The position numbers were made by a program, and so were the translations under genes. A stretch of DNA of 64,000 nucleotides from Octopus vulgaris (lineage: Eukaryota), in the NCBI GenBank assembly GCA_951406725.2, contig OX597825.1, positions 50,282,001 to 50,346,000 of the forward strand, read 5' to 3'. Below are positions 1 through 13,836 of the stretch, one piece after another (within the stretch, counting starts at the first letter, position 1; each line of letters starts with the position of its first letter). The notes under the pieces were generated by a model. The model saw only the letters and a list, made by a program, of their open reading frames with translations, was not told the origin of the DNA and did no database searches.

Positions 1-14
1 ATTATATCATATTA

Positions 15-222
15 AGGTGGCGAGCTGGCAGAATTGTTAGCATACTGGGTGAAATGCTTAGCGATATTTCTTCTTATTTTGAGTTTGAATTCTGCTGAAG
101 TTGACTTTGCCTTTCATCCTTTGGGGTCAATAAAATTAGTACCTGTTACATACTGAGGTCGATGTAATCAACTTAATCCCTTCCCCTAAAATTTGAGGCC
201 TTGTGTTTCCAGAAGATAGGAT
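15..222 (+). mobile_element. tRNA-derived SINE, family B
   Basis: Head GGTGGCGAGCTGGCAGAA...GAGTTTGAATTC and central GACTTTGCCTTTCATCCTTTGGGGTCAATAAAA motif (Meta/MESC-like by recollection). Four further copies in the window. Confidence 0.8.
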
Positions 223-423
223 TTATTAAAGTTGAAAATATGTGACACACTGACATTCATATTTATTATATTAGAAATGTTTAATTTTGTGGAAACTTAA
301 TTTCAATTAAAGTGTATTTCATATGTGTGTGTGTGTGTATGTGTGCGTGTGTGTGTATGTGTGTGTTAAAGAAATCAAACAATAAAACGAAAATGATAGT
401 GTTTGGTATGTGGCAACAGGAAT

Positions 424-469
424 TTCTGTCAAAGAGCATTGATTGTTTAATCAATGCTCTTTGACAGAA
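424..469. repeat. Perfect 21-bp inverted repeat with 4-nt loop
   Basis: TTCTGTCAAAGAGCATTGATT-gttt-AATCAATGCTCTTTGACAGAA. Confidence 0.95.
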
Positions 470-842
470 GATGATGTACAACTTTGTTTAAAGTTGTACA
501 TCATCTCCCTGTTTCTTTCACATACCCACTCTTTCTCTCCCTTTTATTATTACTCCCACTGCCACCACCATCACTACTACTTTTGATAAAACATCGTCAA
601 CTCTCCCTAAATTTTTTTGTCTCTCTTTCTCTCCCTCTCTTTTTCTTTCTTTCTCTCTCTCTCTCTCTCTCTCTCTGTCTTCACCACCTATGGCTCACAT
701 ATTTATCCAACAACTCTCGGAGACTCTACATACAAACAGTCAGGAATTCTGCCTCTCCTTAATGAAATACAGAAATACGGACACACATTATAAAATACCG
801 GAGGTTATCAAGCACCATATTATATATGGGGCATGAGATAAG

Positions 843-1131
843 GGTAAAGACCCCTTCAGTCATGAGTGGCCATGCGATTGCACTTAGAAAATTCTCCTCT
901 GAGGCACAAGTCTGGGTAAGGTTGTTTATGGAAAACCAGCAGTCACCCATGCATACCAGCCTCCCCTTTCTATGGCACCAATGTTGTTCAAGGAAAAGGC
1001 AAAGGCTGATACAGCTTGGCACAGGTGACATCCCAACTCATTTCTACAGGTGAACTGGAGCAACATGAAATAAAGTGTCCAGCAATCAAACTCACTACTT
1101 CGTGATTGTGAGCCCAACACTCTAACCACTG
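843..1131 (-). mobile_element. Degenerate tRNA-derived SINE (separate family)
   Basis: Minus strand begins CAGTGGTTAGAGTGTTGGGCTCACAATCACGAAGTAGTGAGTTTGATT (A/B-box-like head), followed by a moderately GC-rich body. Confidence 0.55.
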
Positions 1132-1397
1132 TTATATTCAGTAATGAATGCTTTGCCTAATTATAGATAAGGCTGACGTCATTAATAATTTTCTATCCTT
1201 TACCTCTCACACATTGAACTGTGGTCATCCTGGGGCACAACTTTTAAGGATTCAGTCAAATAAATTGACAGCAATACTTATTTATGAAAGTCAGGTTCTT
1301 ATTTTATTGGTTTCTATTGATGAAAGCACTAAATTATGGGGATGCAAACACACATACACACATGTATATTATATGTGTGTATATACATATATATATA

Positions 1398-4009
1398 CAG
1401 AGCTGGGCATAAGTTCATTAATCTGTTAATCGTTAGTTAACAAAGTTAGCATTTTCGTTAATGATTTAACTTTTAAGTAAACTTTCAAAATCATTATCAG
1501 ACTAATTAACTTCCATAAACTCAAGTCCGTTAACCCAAAATGTTCATGAAAACTGGTAAACATTTAAAAGTTTCTATTATTTTCAGATTATCTTAGCATA
1601 TTTGATATTGTATTCATCATTCTTTCAACTCTGATAAAATGCCATTTATTATTATAAATAATTTGTAGAACCTTGTTTGGCCCTGCCTGGATTTGAAACC
1701 AGATTCCTCTGCTTGTTGCTTGCAAAGAAAGTGAGAAATTTCTTTGTTCTGTCAAGAGAAAAGTGATTCATGTGTTTCCACTTGATATATGACCTCGCAG
1801 TGTCACGGAGAGTTCAAATGGACAGCAAATGACCACATTAGGATAAGCTATGCATTTAATGATATATCCATCATTCTAGCAAGAATGCAATTATCATAAA
1901 TGGTAGCGCTCTGTAAGTGAGAAATCAGAGAGAATCTTGACCACCACAATGTGAATAATTATTCACAACGGTAATGAGGCAGACAACTATAGTAGCCAGC
2001 AACATATGAAGTAGCATTTTTTAACTCTAAAGCAAAAAGAGTTCTAAAGCCCTGAAAAAGCCCCAAAAAGCTGATTTTATAGTTTTGGCACTTTTTAACC
2101 CTTTAGAGTTTACACCAGCCAAAACCCGTTGTTTCTAATTCCTCTACGAAATCTTTTAAGGAAATAAACAAATCACATTAGTGAATTCACATAGCTTTGA
2201 GATAATGTGAGGGCTTTTCTTCCAGAAACCATAGAACTGGGAGAAAAGCAAAATTAACTGATGGGGATGTCAAGAGAGAAAATACTGATTTCCATAAGGT
2301 GGAAAAAATAAATGGAAGGAAAAAAGTTGGTAAATATTTCAGTGTGAATGCATATAGCTCTTACATGGTAGCAGGGCATGCTAGAAATAGCAGCCCAGTC
2401 TTTCCTTTTCTGGAAAAAGGAGGCTTTTGCACATGATTTCAATGTCACATTCATTGAAAGCATGCAAAATAACTAAGAAAAAAAGATCCGCGAAACAAAA
2501 CTCACTTGGTGGGAAACTTCGAGGTCCCCACCACCCATCCCATCATTCTTTCCTGGAAAAATGTAGTTTACGGCAGGTTTGATGGTCAGATATGTTGAAT
2601 GCACCCAAAAAAAACTGTGGGAAAAAATTATTCCACACGATGGTATGAAATATCTACTGAAAGAATAAAATCTTGTACCAATTATACCTGTATTTTAATT
2701 AATTCAAATTAATGTACTCCATATTGAAAAGTGGCAAAATTTTTATCAGTTGCTATCTGGGATAATTTTCGTAACAAATCAAACAGGTAAGATGCATTAA
2801 GAATTTCAATTTTAGTGTTTATCCATAATGTTACTGCTTTTACACCTGTTGATTAAATTTACCTGCCTATAAAAGTCAAATTTACTCAGCAAAATCAGCT
2901 AAAATTACATAACTATAAACCAGGGGTATATAAAGCACTTACTGACAAAATTTCAAATCAGTGTGTAAAAAATTTACCAAGTTACTAGCAAATAATGTAG
3001 ACACCCCTCTTGAACCTGAATAATTCAAAATAACATGAACAAATATGTTTTTAGGTTGTTCTTTTTCTTACACACACACATAACATGGCCTCGCTTGGTT
3101 GGGACTATACATGTATTACTTTGATATAATCATTTCATAAAATTTGTTAACAGGGAGAACAATATTGAAAAATATCAATAGATGCATGAGTGAGAAAGAA
3201 ATAAAAAGAGAGGTTTGGGGATATGCTAGAAACAACAGCCAGATCTCCTTTAAATCACATATTTTCCTCTGAAATTACAAACAATTCTTTTTTAAGCTGA
3301 AAATGTTTCTCTCATGTGTTTCAAGTGTGTAATAAAAAAAAAATGGCCAAAATCGTTTCAGACTGGGCTGGTGAGGGGGTGACGGAAGTGAAAAAAAATA
3401 ACTTTTCAAAATGTTTTCTGTTTTTCTTCATGGAGAGATGCTTCCCATCATTCTGAAGACTTTGGTGAAAAACATTGGAAAAAATCCCCATTCAAACGCA
3501 GAAATTCCAACTTATGTGAGCCATTTGATATGAAAGTCCATTTTCCAGAAACTCCTTCATCTCCGAAGCCCCCTTCCAAAAATTTTACCAACAAATTTCT
3601 TTCTAATCGTAATTAACATTATTTGAAAGATATTTGTATAAAATTTCATTAAAAAATACCTATTTTCCAGGAAGTTATGAGGGAGATAATGTTGGGTCCT
3701 ATGAATTTTCTGAAACTCCTGTCCCCAACCTCTCGAAAAACTTTTTCCAACAAATCTTTAACTATACTCAATCTACCGGATATAAGCGATTATTTGGTGA
3801 AAGTTTCATTAAAACGTATCCATTTTTCTGGAAGTTATGAGGCAACATAGCCGGTGAGGTATTAAACTGTAGTTATACCTTTTGTCAATACAAGTTCATG
3901 TATTAATGTTAACTTCCGCTACATTTTCAAAGAATTAACAAAATTAACTCTTGGTTAACGAATTAACGATTAACAAGGTTAGCTTTCCAGTTAACAGTGC
4001 CCACCTCTG
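1398..4009. mobile_element. Non-autonomous hAT-like DNA transposon with nested debris
   Basis: TIRs CAGAGCTGGGCA / TGCCCACCTCTG (11/12). Mirrored subterminal GTTAATCGTTA motifs. 8-bp flanks TATATATA / TACATATA within a TA tract. No transposase ORF. Confidence 0.7.
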
Positions 4010-4440
4010 TACATATATATATATATATATATATAACATACAATTGGGACAAGAACGCAAAATATCCAAATTGACGATACAAAAAACACGGACGGGTTGT
4101 TTGAAGCCTTTAATCTTCAGTCAAGAACCGGATCATCATATATATATACACATAAGAGCTTCCACACACCTCAACTTGATAGTACACTAACAAGGCATTG
4201 GTTGGTTTGGAGCTATGGTAGAAGACATTTATCCAGGGTTCCATGCTGTGGGATGGAACACGAAACCAGATGATTTTAAAGTGAGAGTTGTTAATTATTT
4301 TACAAATAACAGTAATGAAGATTTTAATTCAACTCTGACACCAAACTCTTAAAATCTTCTTGGGTAAAGCTATATATACATACATTCATACATCCACTCA
4401 TACATCCATCCATACATACATACATACATACATACATACA

Positions 4441-5500
<1,060 letters not shown>

Positions 5501-5509
5501 TATAATACA

Positions 5510-5824
5510 CATTTGGCAAGTGCCAGTGACATGTAAAAGCACCTGCACTAGAGACACATAAAAGCATCCATGCTGGTGACATGTAGAAGCCTCTGTGCTG
5601 ATGACACATAGAAGTACCCAGACCAGTGACACATAAATGCACTCATGCTCATGACACATGAAAGGCATGTACTACTCTGTTGGGGTGGTTGACATTAGGA
5701 AGGGCATCCAATCATAGAAACCAAGTCAAAATCAGCTCTCCAGCTTACTGGTTCCAATCAAACTGTCTAACCCATGCCAGCATGGAAAATGGATGCTAAT
5801 TGATGATGATGATGATGATGATGA
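5510..5824 (+). mobile_element. RTE LINE 3' UTR fragment with (GAT)n tail
   Basis: Similar to 11380-11637 (GGAAGGGCATCCA...AACCCATGCCAGCATGGAAAA...GATGATGAT). Confidence 0.75.
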
Positions 5825-5832
5825 TATGTATA

Positions 5833-5882
<50 letters not shown>

Positions 5883-6140
5883 GATCAAGATGGTGTAGTC
5901 ATCAATTTAAACAGTATCTCTTAACTCTATCATAAATATTATCATAGTCTCTCTCTCTCTCTTCCTCGCACACATACTCTCTCTCTCTCTCTTCTATAAT
6001 TCTATAAGGGTATCTCTCTACCCTGCCAAGAATGCCTCAAGGTGTCTCTTGTACTCTGTCATCAATGTTATAAAGGTGTGTCTGAACCTTGTTGTCAACA
6101 ATGTAATCACAATGTCTCTGTACCATAAATCCAAACAAAG

Positions 6141-6530
6141 TGGCACAGGAGTGGCTGTGTGGTAAGTAGCTTGCTAACCAACCACATGGTTCTGGGTTCA
6201 GTCCCACTGCATGGCATCTTGAGCAAGTGTCTTCTGCTATAGCCCCGGGCCGACCAATGCCTTGTGAGTGGATTTGGTAGACGGAAACTGAAAGAAGCCT
6301 GTCGTATATATGTATATATATATATATGTATGTGTGTTTGTCCCTCTAGCATTGCTTGACAACCGATGCTGGTGTGTTTACGTCCCCGTTACTTAGCGGT
6401 TCGGCAAAAGAGACCGATAGAATAAGTACTGGGCTTACAAAGAATAAGTCCCGGGGTCGATTTGCTCGACTAAAGGCGGTGCTCCAGCATGGCCGCAGTC
6501 AAATGACGTAAAAGAGTAAAAGAGTAAGAG
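6141..6530 (+). mobile_element. tRNA-derived SINE, family A (full length)
   Basis: Head GGCACAGGAGTGGCTGTGTGGTAAG...GGTTCAGTCCC, internal TA/TG tract and (TAAAAGAG)n tail; many copies in the window. Confidence 0.9.
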
Positions 6531-9205
6531 TAATAGTTGAAGATCATCCATATGTTTAGGGTAAACATCTCTAAGTTGACCTTCAGAGGAAAACTATGGA
6601 CAGTGATGAAATCTCATTGGGATACTGAAGTGGGGAGGGAAAATTAGAGAAAAGGGTTCTGCGTTAGGCTTGTGATAAGGGTGGTAACATATTATGAGAG
6701 ACCAGCTGAGAAAAGTGAGATTGAGGGTGTATACAATTAACGAGTTCATAGCAGCAGAGGATATTGCAGTAGTAGGAGAATATAGTCAGTAAAGACAATA
6801 TTGAATGACTGGAAGAAGCGGTGGTGGTAGTGGACAGCCGGTGATCAGAAGTATGTAGACAAGAGGCATTATAGGTATTAAAGAAGAAAGCAATAAAATT
6901 TACAGAAGTATATAAAAAATAGAACGTTGGGGTATAAATTGATTGATTGATAAGGGAGGGTGGAAGAGAGTGACAAAAGTGGTAGGAGTAACTTGCAGAC
7001 ACACAGACAATATGGACAGCAACAAGTAGGAAACATTTCACAATATCAATCTATTGACAGGTTTCTTAGTAAATAAGAGTAGCGTCCCTTGCACCATAAA
7101 TTTTCTTTGTTTCATAGCCTTGAATCCTCAATTTTCGTCAGGTGTATGAGCAAGTTATGTGCGCAGGTATGACTCTAAATAGTGTGTGTGTGTGTGTATG
7201 TGTGTGTGTGCGCGCTCTCACACACACACACACAATGTTAAACCTCTATGTCTAGAGCTTTTACATCCAGCCTCTAGCATTTCATTTTGAGATCCGCATA
7301 CATAAGAAAATTAATTTCAATGAAGTGGATCAGGTGTTTAGTGCTTAATCAAACAAAAGGTTTTTTTGTAAACATTTCGTGAGACACACATTATTGCAGG
7401 TTCAATCCCCAACAGAACAATCCGAATGTAACAAGAGATTTGATATAAATAAAATGTTGTTTGTTGCCATAATCCACCATTGAACATTTCACCCTTATAC
7501 AATGCATCGTGATAGCATCAGTCTGGTAAAGTACTTCCTTCTCTAAGTTATGATGGCCACAGTTGGATTAACTCTAAAGTGCTTTCCCTAATGATGAAAG
7601 TGATAACCAAACGCAAATAAATACATCATGTAATTTAACATTTCTGTACTTACTTGGTACCAATTAGTAAACATAGATACAAAACAGAGTTTAACAGCTG
7701 GGTAACTTACCTTCTTATTAATTAGCAGTGTTACAGTATGCAGTTTAACACCTTAGTATCTTACTGCTCTACAATATGTAGTTGAATAGCTTGGTACCTT
7801 AGTTTTGTACTTAGTTTTGTGCCAATTAATAAACACAAACACCATATGTAGTTTAATATGTAGTATCTTACTGCAGAACCAATTAACAAACACACATACA
7901 ATATACCTTATCTCTCAACCCATTTATCACTATGAGTCTTCAATTTTAGATTTTTTTAAAGTATTTAATTTATGTGTAGCAAAAGCATGTTCATAGTTTG
8001 GCTCTTTACCTTTAGGTACCCACAGTTTGGTTCTTTATCTTAAAGAATCCACATTTTGGCTCATCATGTGATGGTCGAGTCCTAGCTTTATGCAGGCTGT
8101 CCACCCCATCACATGACAGACTAGCCAAGCATGCCACCATCAGCTATATAGGGAAAACCTTCCCTGCTATTTACGAGCAAGGTTGGTTCTTCAATATGAG
8201 AGCAGTTTTATTCCATTATGCATTACCAGCAAGGAGAGAATTGTCAGCAGAGATTCTTGTCACTATGTTCTGTGTACATCTTCATCTTTAAGAAGTATGA
8301 GAAACTAATGTATTTTAATTAACAGAATTATTCCTGTCATACCAGTTTGCTGTATCTGCTATTGCTGATGAAATAAATATGGTAGTCAACTTTAACTTGT
8401 GTCTTCATATTTCTTGATGTTCTTTATTATGACTCGTTTGAAATCAAAAGATTGTGATATTACCAGAGCTTTAGCCACATTCATCCTTTCCACAATGATA
8501 AACGTGTAATGACTGAAGGAATAACTAAAATCTTCCAAGGTCATCAAGTTGCTACAAGAAGCTTTCTTTTCAAGGATTCTATTCAAAACAAAAGAGCTCC
8601 AACAGTGTCCAGTCTTTAGTAAGTCATTAACTTTGTCCATAATTAACAGGTTCAGGGCATTAAGGAAGCCAATCATTCGGTGAATTAAACCCATGTACCA
8701 AGCAGAAACTCAGAACAAATATGTCATTATGTTATAGCATTTACACTTTAGGTAAGGTGGAGTACTGGGTTAGAAATGATGCATTTAAGTATTAAATAGG
8801 ATATTAATTAGTAAGCGTCTCCTTGGATCATAATTATAATTAAGGGACAGCATTACATTCCAATTCAACTAGTACTAAATGAGACAGATCTGCCCAAGGA
8901 TATGACACCTTTCTATCACAATACTTCTAAATAACTGTAGAATTAATTTGACATCCAGGTGAACTAATCTACAATCACCTGTGCAGCAGAAACTTGTAAA
9001 GAAATACTAGTGATAGATTTGAACCAATGACTTATGAATTACCAGTCCACTGTGATATCAACATGACTTACAAATAAATACACTACACTAGAGCTACCTA
9101 AGTGTAAATATAGGTATAGTTGTTTTAATACCAGCATACACCACAACAACCCAGTTTCAATACAGCTCATGCTACACCTACCCAATTTAAAATGCATCAG
9201 GTATA

Positions 9206-11717
9206 TGAGTGGGTGCTGAAAAGATCCTGGTTTTGAGTAAAAGAAAATACAGGTGATCAGCTAATTATAATTTAATTTCAGATTCACACACTTATTGCAG
9301 TGGCCTTTTAGTTTTTCTAAGCCTTGAGGTATTTCGGATTGCAAGACAGTGTGTGAGAGAAAATTGTGATATCACAGGAGAGAAATGTGTTCGAATGGAT
9401 GATGGTGCACTTGCTTTTAGTGATTCTGAAAAGAAAGAGGCTTGGAGAAGCCATTATGAAAGACTGCTGAATGTGGAGAATGAATGGGAGGAGGAGAGCC
9501 ATCGAAACGTTGACCCAGTAGAGAGACCAGCTATCCCAAGAGACAGCTCCCTAGTAGATAAAGCAATTAAGGATATGAAGCCTGGAAAAGCCCCTAGCCC
9601 ATCAGGAATCACTGCTGAGATGCTTAAAGCATCTGGTGGTGTGGGCTATGGCTTAGTCACCCGCATTGTAAACCAGGTAGTACATAACGGAGTCATACCC
9701 AATGACTGGCATAGCAGCACCATAGTCAACTGCTACAAGGGTAAAGGTGATGCTCTAGATAGGAATAACTACAGGGGTATTAAACTGCTGGATCAGGTGA
9801 TGAAGGTCACAGAGAGGGTCATAGTCCATCTCATTAAGGAGAGAGTCTGCTGAGATGAGATGCAGTTTGGTTTTGTTCTGGGTAGAAGCACCACTGATGC
9901 CATATTCCTGGTTCAACAACTGCAGGAGAAATACCTAACTAAAGATAAACCCCTCTACTTAGCTTTTGTGGACTTGGAGAAAGCCTTTGATAGGGTCCTC
10001 CGATCCCTTATCTGGTGGGCAATGCGGAAACTGGAGATTGACAAATGGTTGATAAGGGCTGTACAAGCCCTATACAGAGAGGCTGTTAGTAAGGTTAGGA
10101 TTGGCAATGAGTATAGTGAAGAATTCCGGGTAGAAGTAGGGGTCCACCAAGGTTCAGCCCTTAGTCCTCTTCTATTCATCATAGTCCTCCAGGCAATAAC
10201 AGAGGAATTCAAGATGGGTTGCCCCTGGGAGCTCCTCTATGCTGATGACCTGGCCCTCATAGCAGAATCACTACCGGAACTAGAAAAGAAATTTCAGGTG
10301 TGGAAGCTAGGTTTAGAATCAAAGGGCCTTAGAGTAAATGTAGCAAAGACCAAAGTTATAGTAAGCAGAAAGGCAAACGCATCACACACACCCTCGAGCA
10401 GGTGGCCCTGCTCAATCTGTAGAAAAGGTGTAGGTAGAAACTCCATAAGATGTACCCAGTGTAAACTATGGACACATAAGAGGTGCAGCAACATCAAAGG
10501 AAAATTAACTGAGAAGATAGCTTTCATGTGCGGCAGATGTACAGGGGCAATAGACACCACAGATACTCAGAAAAAAGATTCCATCACACTCCAGGGGAAG
10601 AAACTAGAAGTAGATGATAGTTTCCGCTACCTAGGTGACCAAGTTAGTAGTGGAGGTGGATGCTCAGAGAGTGTCACCACTAGAATACAAATAGCCTGGG
10701 CAAAGCTTAGAAAGCTCCTACCCCTACTGGTGACAAAGTGTCTCTCACTCAGAGTGAAAGGTAGATTGTATGATGCATGTGTGCGAACAGCCATGCTTCA
10801 CGGTAATGAAACATGGGCTGTGACTGCAGAGGACATGCGTAGACTTGAAAGAAATGACACTAGCATGATCCACTGGATGTGTAATGTCAGTGTGCACACA
10901 TGACAGAGTGTAAGCACCCTGAGAGAAATGCTGGACATAAGAAGCATCAGATGTGGTGTGCAACAGAGACGTTTGTGCTGGTATGGTCATGTACTGTGGA
11001 TGGATGAGGAGAGATGTGTGAAGAAGTGCCACTCCCAAACAGTTGAAGGTATCCGGGGAAAAGGTAGACCCAGGAAGACATGGGATGAGGTAGTCAAGCA
11101 TGACCTTCGAACGTTGGGCCTCACAGAGGTAATGACGGAAAAACGAGATCTCTGGAGATATGCTGTTACTGCAAAGACCCGACAAATAATGTTAGTTCAT
11201 AGCTGCTTCCCGCACCAGCTTCGCATAACCCCAGCCCATCCAAAGTACCTTGGATTGCAGAACAACCTGCTGTGCTTACCTTGGATCATAGAGTGACCTG
11301 CTGTGCTTGAGGAGAACTATTGAGTCAAATACATCAACATCAAAATAAATATCAAATGGAAACTGCAGTTACGATACCTGTGCCGGTGGCACGTAAAAAG
11401 CACCATCCGAACGTTGCCAATGCCAGCCTCCCCTGGCACATGTGCCAGTGGCACGTAAAAAGCACCCACTACACTCACGGAGTGGTTAGTGTTAGGGAGG
11501 GCATCCAGTTGTAGAAACACAGCCAGATCAGACTGGAGCCTGATACAGCCACATGGCTTCCCAGATCCCGGTCAAACCGTCCAACCTGTGCTAGCATGGA
11601 AAACGGACGTTAATCGATGATGATGATGATGATGATGTAAAAGATCTTGGAAGGTTGAACCTCCAGCCAAGCCTTTTGCAATTCCCTTAAAGCTAGGAAC
11701 TTTTCAGCCCACCCTCA
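9206..11717. mobile_element. Mariner-type MITE split by an RTE insertion
   Basis: TA-flanked imperfect TIRs TGAGTGGGTGCTGAAAAGATCCTGG / CTAGGAACTTTTTCAGCCCACCCTCA. Halves at 9206-9325 and 11638-11717. Confidence 0.75.
9326..11637 (+). mobile_element. 5'-truncated RTE-clade LINE; RT pseudogene with embedded PHD finger
   Basis: ORFs 9353-9853, 9860-10903 and 10928-11296 share one frame broken by two TGA stops. RT motifs NYRGIKLL, QFGF, FVDLEKAFDRV, GVHQGSALSP, YADD, FRYLG; C-terminal RGKGRPRKTW; (GAT)n tail. Confidence 0.95.
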
Positions 11718-12044
11718 TATATATAACTTATTCAAAGCAAGTGGGACCATATTCATGACCTGTAAAAGTAGCTAGCCAACATCACAAACAGCCAAATGAA
11801 AATGTACCAATAATTGTTTCAGTACCAGCATACATCACAGCTACCCAGTTGTAAATGTAACTGTGGCTGTATCAACACCAGCCTATACCACACCCAACTA
11901 GATGTAAATGTGACAGTTGTTTCAATATCACTCTTACCCAAAGGGATAAGTAACAATGAATGAAGACAGATAGAGCTGTATCTAACAAATGTATACAATA
12001 CATAACATCAAATCTGGTTAAACGAAGAGAAAAAATTAGTTTAC

Positions 12045-12101
12045 CTGTGTTTTCCTTTTGTAAACGTTCCAGTTCAGCAAACTTAGCTTTTTCACTCCAG
12101 T
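12045..12101 (-). CDS. C2-IPT protein, coding exon 6 (D-WSEKAKFAELERLQKENT), start of a coiled coil
   Basis: Acceptor TGTATTTCCAG and donor ACAG|GTAAAC, phase 1-1, heptad-like ELERLQKEN. No further exon identified; the gene probably continues left of position 1. Confidence 0.65.
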
Positions 12102-12179
12102 CTGGAAATACAGTATTCACATATTTTATATATATATCTATATATATATATATATATAAATGAAACACAGCAAGTGAAA

Positions 12180-13620
12180 GACAGAAGATGGAATATACGA
12201 GAATTTATTATTAATCACGACAATTCTTTCGACACATCTAGCATCAATTCCTCTTGGGTGGGACACTCAACAACTGGTTCAGGAGCATCTGGCCGTGCAG
12301 ATGTATCTCGTTGGGTGATAAATAAATATAACTCATAAAAATGACTGTTCCATAACATAACTTTCTGATTTGTAGAGGGAAAAGCTGCCAGATGGAGGAA
12401 ATATCTTCATTTATATAGAAGATCAAAAATGAAATCACAAATGACTAAAAAACAAATGAATACACAATCCAGTGAGAAAAGTATTAAAAATATAGCTGTT
12501 AACAGGTATGGATGTATAAACGCCCTTGGACAAGCTGCATGGCATGAGTACACTCGCTCATGCAAGCATTCGCAACTCATGATCACAAAGCATACACTCA
12601 TGATCACTTTGATGCACTCATCATCACAAAGTGAGTTATTTATCAGCTTGGTGTTTATAAAAATGGGGAGCTTAAAAGTAAACCTAAGTCATCCATACCT
12701 TAAAGTAAATTAAATTAAGTTAACAGTTACTCAAAATTCATTCTCACTGCATTGTGCAAAAGTACATTTATATGCATGAAGGCATCTTGAGAGTCATTAA
12801 GAAATTCTATTAATTATCTTCTTGTTAGTCCACAGAATAGACAGGGATTCCTCGGAGCAGAAATGGCATCTCCTGGAAATTATCTTGCATGATTTCACAT
12901 AATTTACAATGGACCAATTAATGCTGTACTTCGTTTTATCGTCCTTCAGTTGCCATACAAAATCTGCTAAAGATGGTGAATGTCTCTTATTGACTGTCTT
13001 AAAGCCGTCTGCCCAATGTAAACATAGGGCCTGCCCCTTGTGTGCACAGTACATTTATATACAAGATTTGTATTCATACAGAGATTCATTAAAGTACATT
13101 TTGATTTTTCTCTGCATGAGCATTTATTGTATTTATTATTATATAAGTCAGTCCTGACTCCATTAACCAGCGTTGTTACCATGCTAGCTGTATCATAAGT
13201 ATTTCTACTACTACAAATTGGTCGTAGTTGATGTTTATCCTTGTGGTTTATATCTCCTTGGTTGGTATTTAGATGCAAATGTTCACTAGATCCAGTAGGT
13301 GGGTTATTGAACCTTTGCCACATTTTGCTATTGTTCATGTGATGTATAAGCTGCTCTAAATTAGCAGAATTGGCATAGAATACCTTCAGAGTGTGTCAAT
13401 TAAAAATAGCATGATACCGATTAGATTTAGGAAAACACCCGTCCAAAGCAGCAAAATATTTTCCAGCGATCTTGGTTGAAACATGCAAACTGAAAATCAG
13501 GTTGAACCAGAGGACATCCTGATTCCTATATCTGTTGTTAGGCTTATTTGATTGAGCGTGTTGTACAGGATTGCTTGTATGAGCAAGTGTACTCATGCCA
13601 TGCAGCTTGCCCAAGGGTGT
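12180..13620 (-). mobile_element. Penelope-like element relic (GIY-YIG endonuclease and pseudo-LTR)
   Basis: Frameshifted peptides VLWFN...HAIFN, CSCREKSKC...NLVYKCTV...YVYIGQT and FVWQLKD...INWSIV...RCHFCSEE; degraded hammerhead-like motif near 12190-12251. Confidence 0.85.
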
Positions 13621-13730
13621 TTATACATAATCCTCTTGGGATTGATAAAATAAGCACCAGTTGAGGACTGGGGTCAATGTAATTGACTTACCCTCACCCT
13701 TGATCTTGCTGGCCTTGTGCCAAACAAGGA

Positions 13731-13731
13731 T

Positions 13732-13820
<89 letters not shown>

Positions 13821-13836
13821 GAATGGATGGATGGAT
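13731..13836. repeat. (GATA)n/(GACA)n microsatellite
   Basis: Direct inspection. Confidence 0.95.

Noticed and set aside
8392-8694. 100-aa minus-strand ORF as the missing last exon
   Set aside because: No convincing phase-1 acceptor or Rab-binding/coiled-coil motif.
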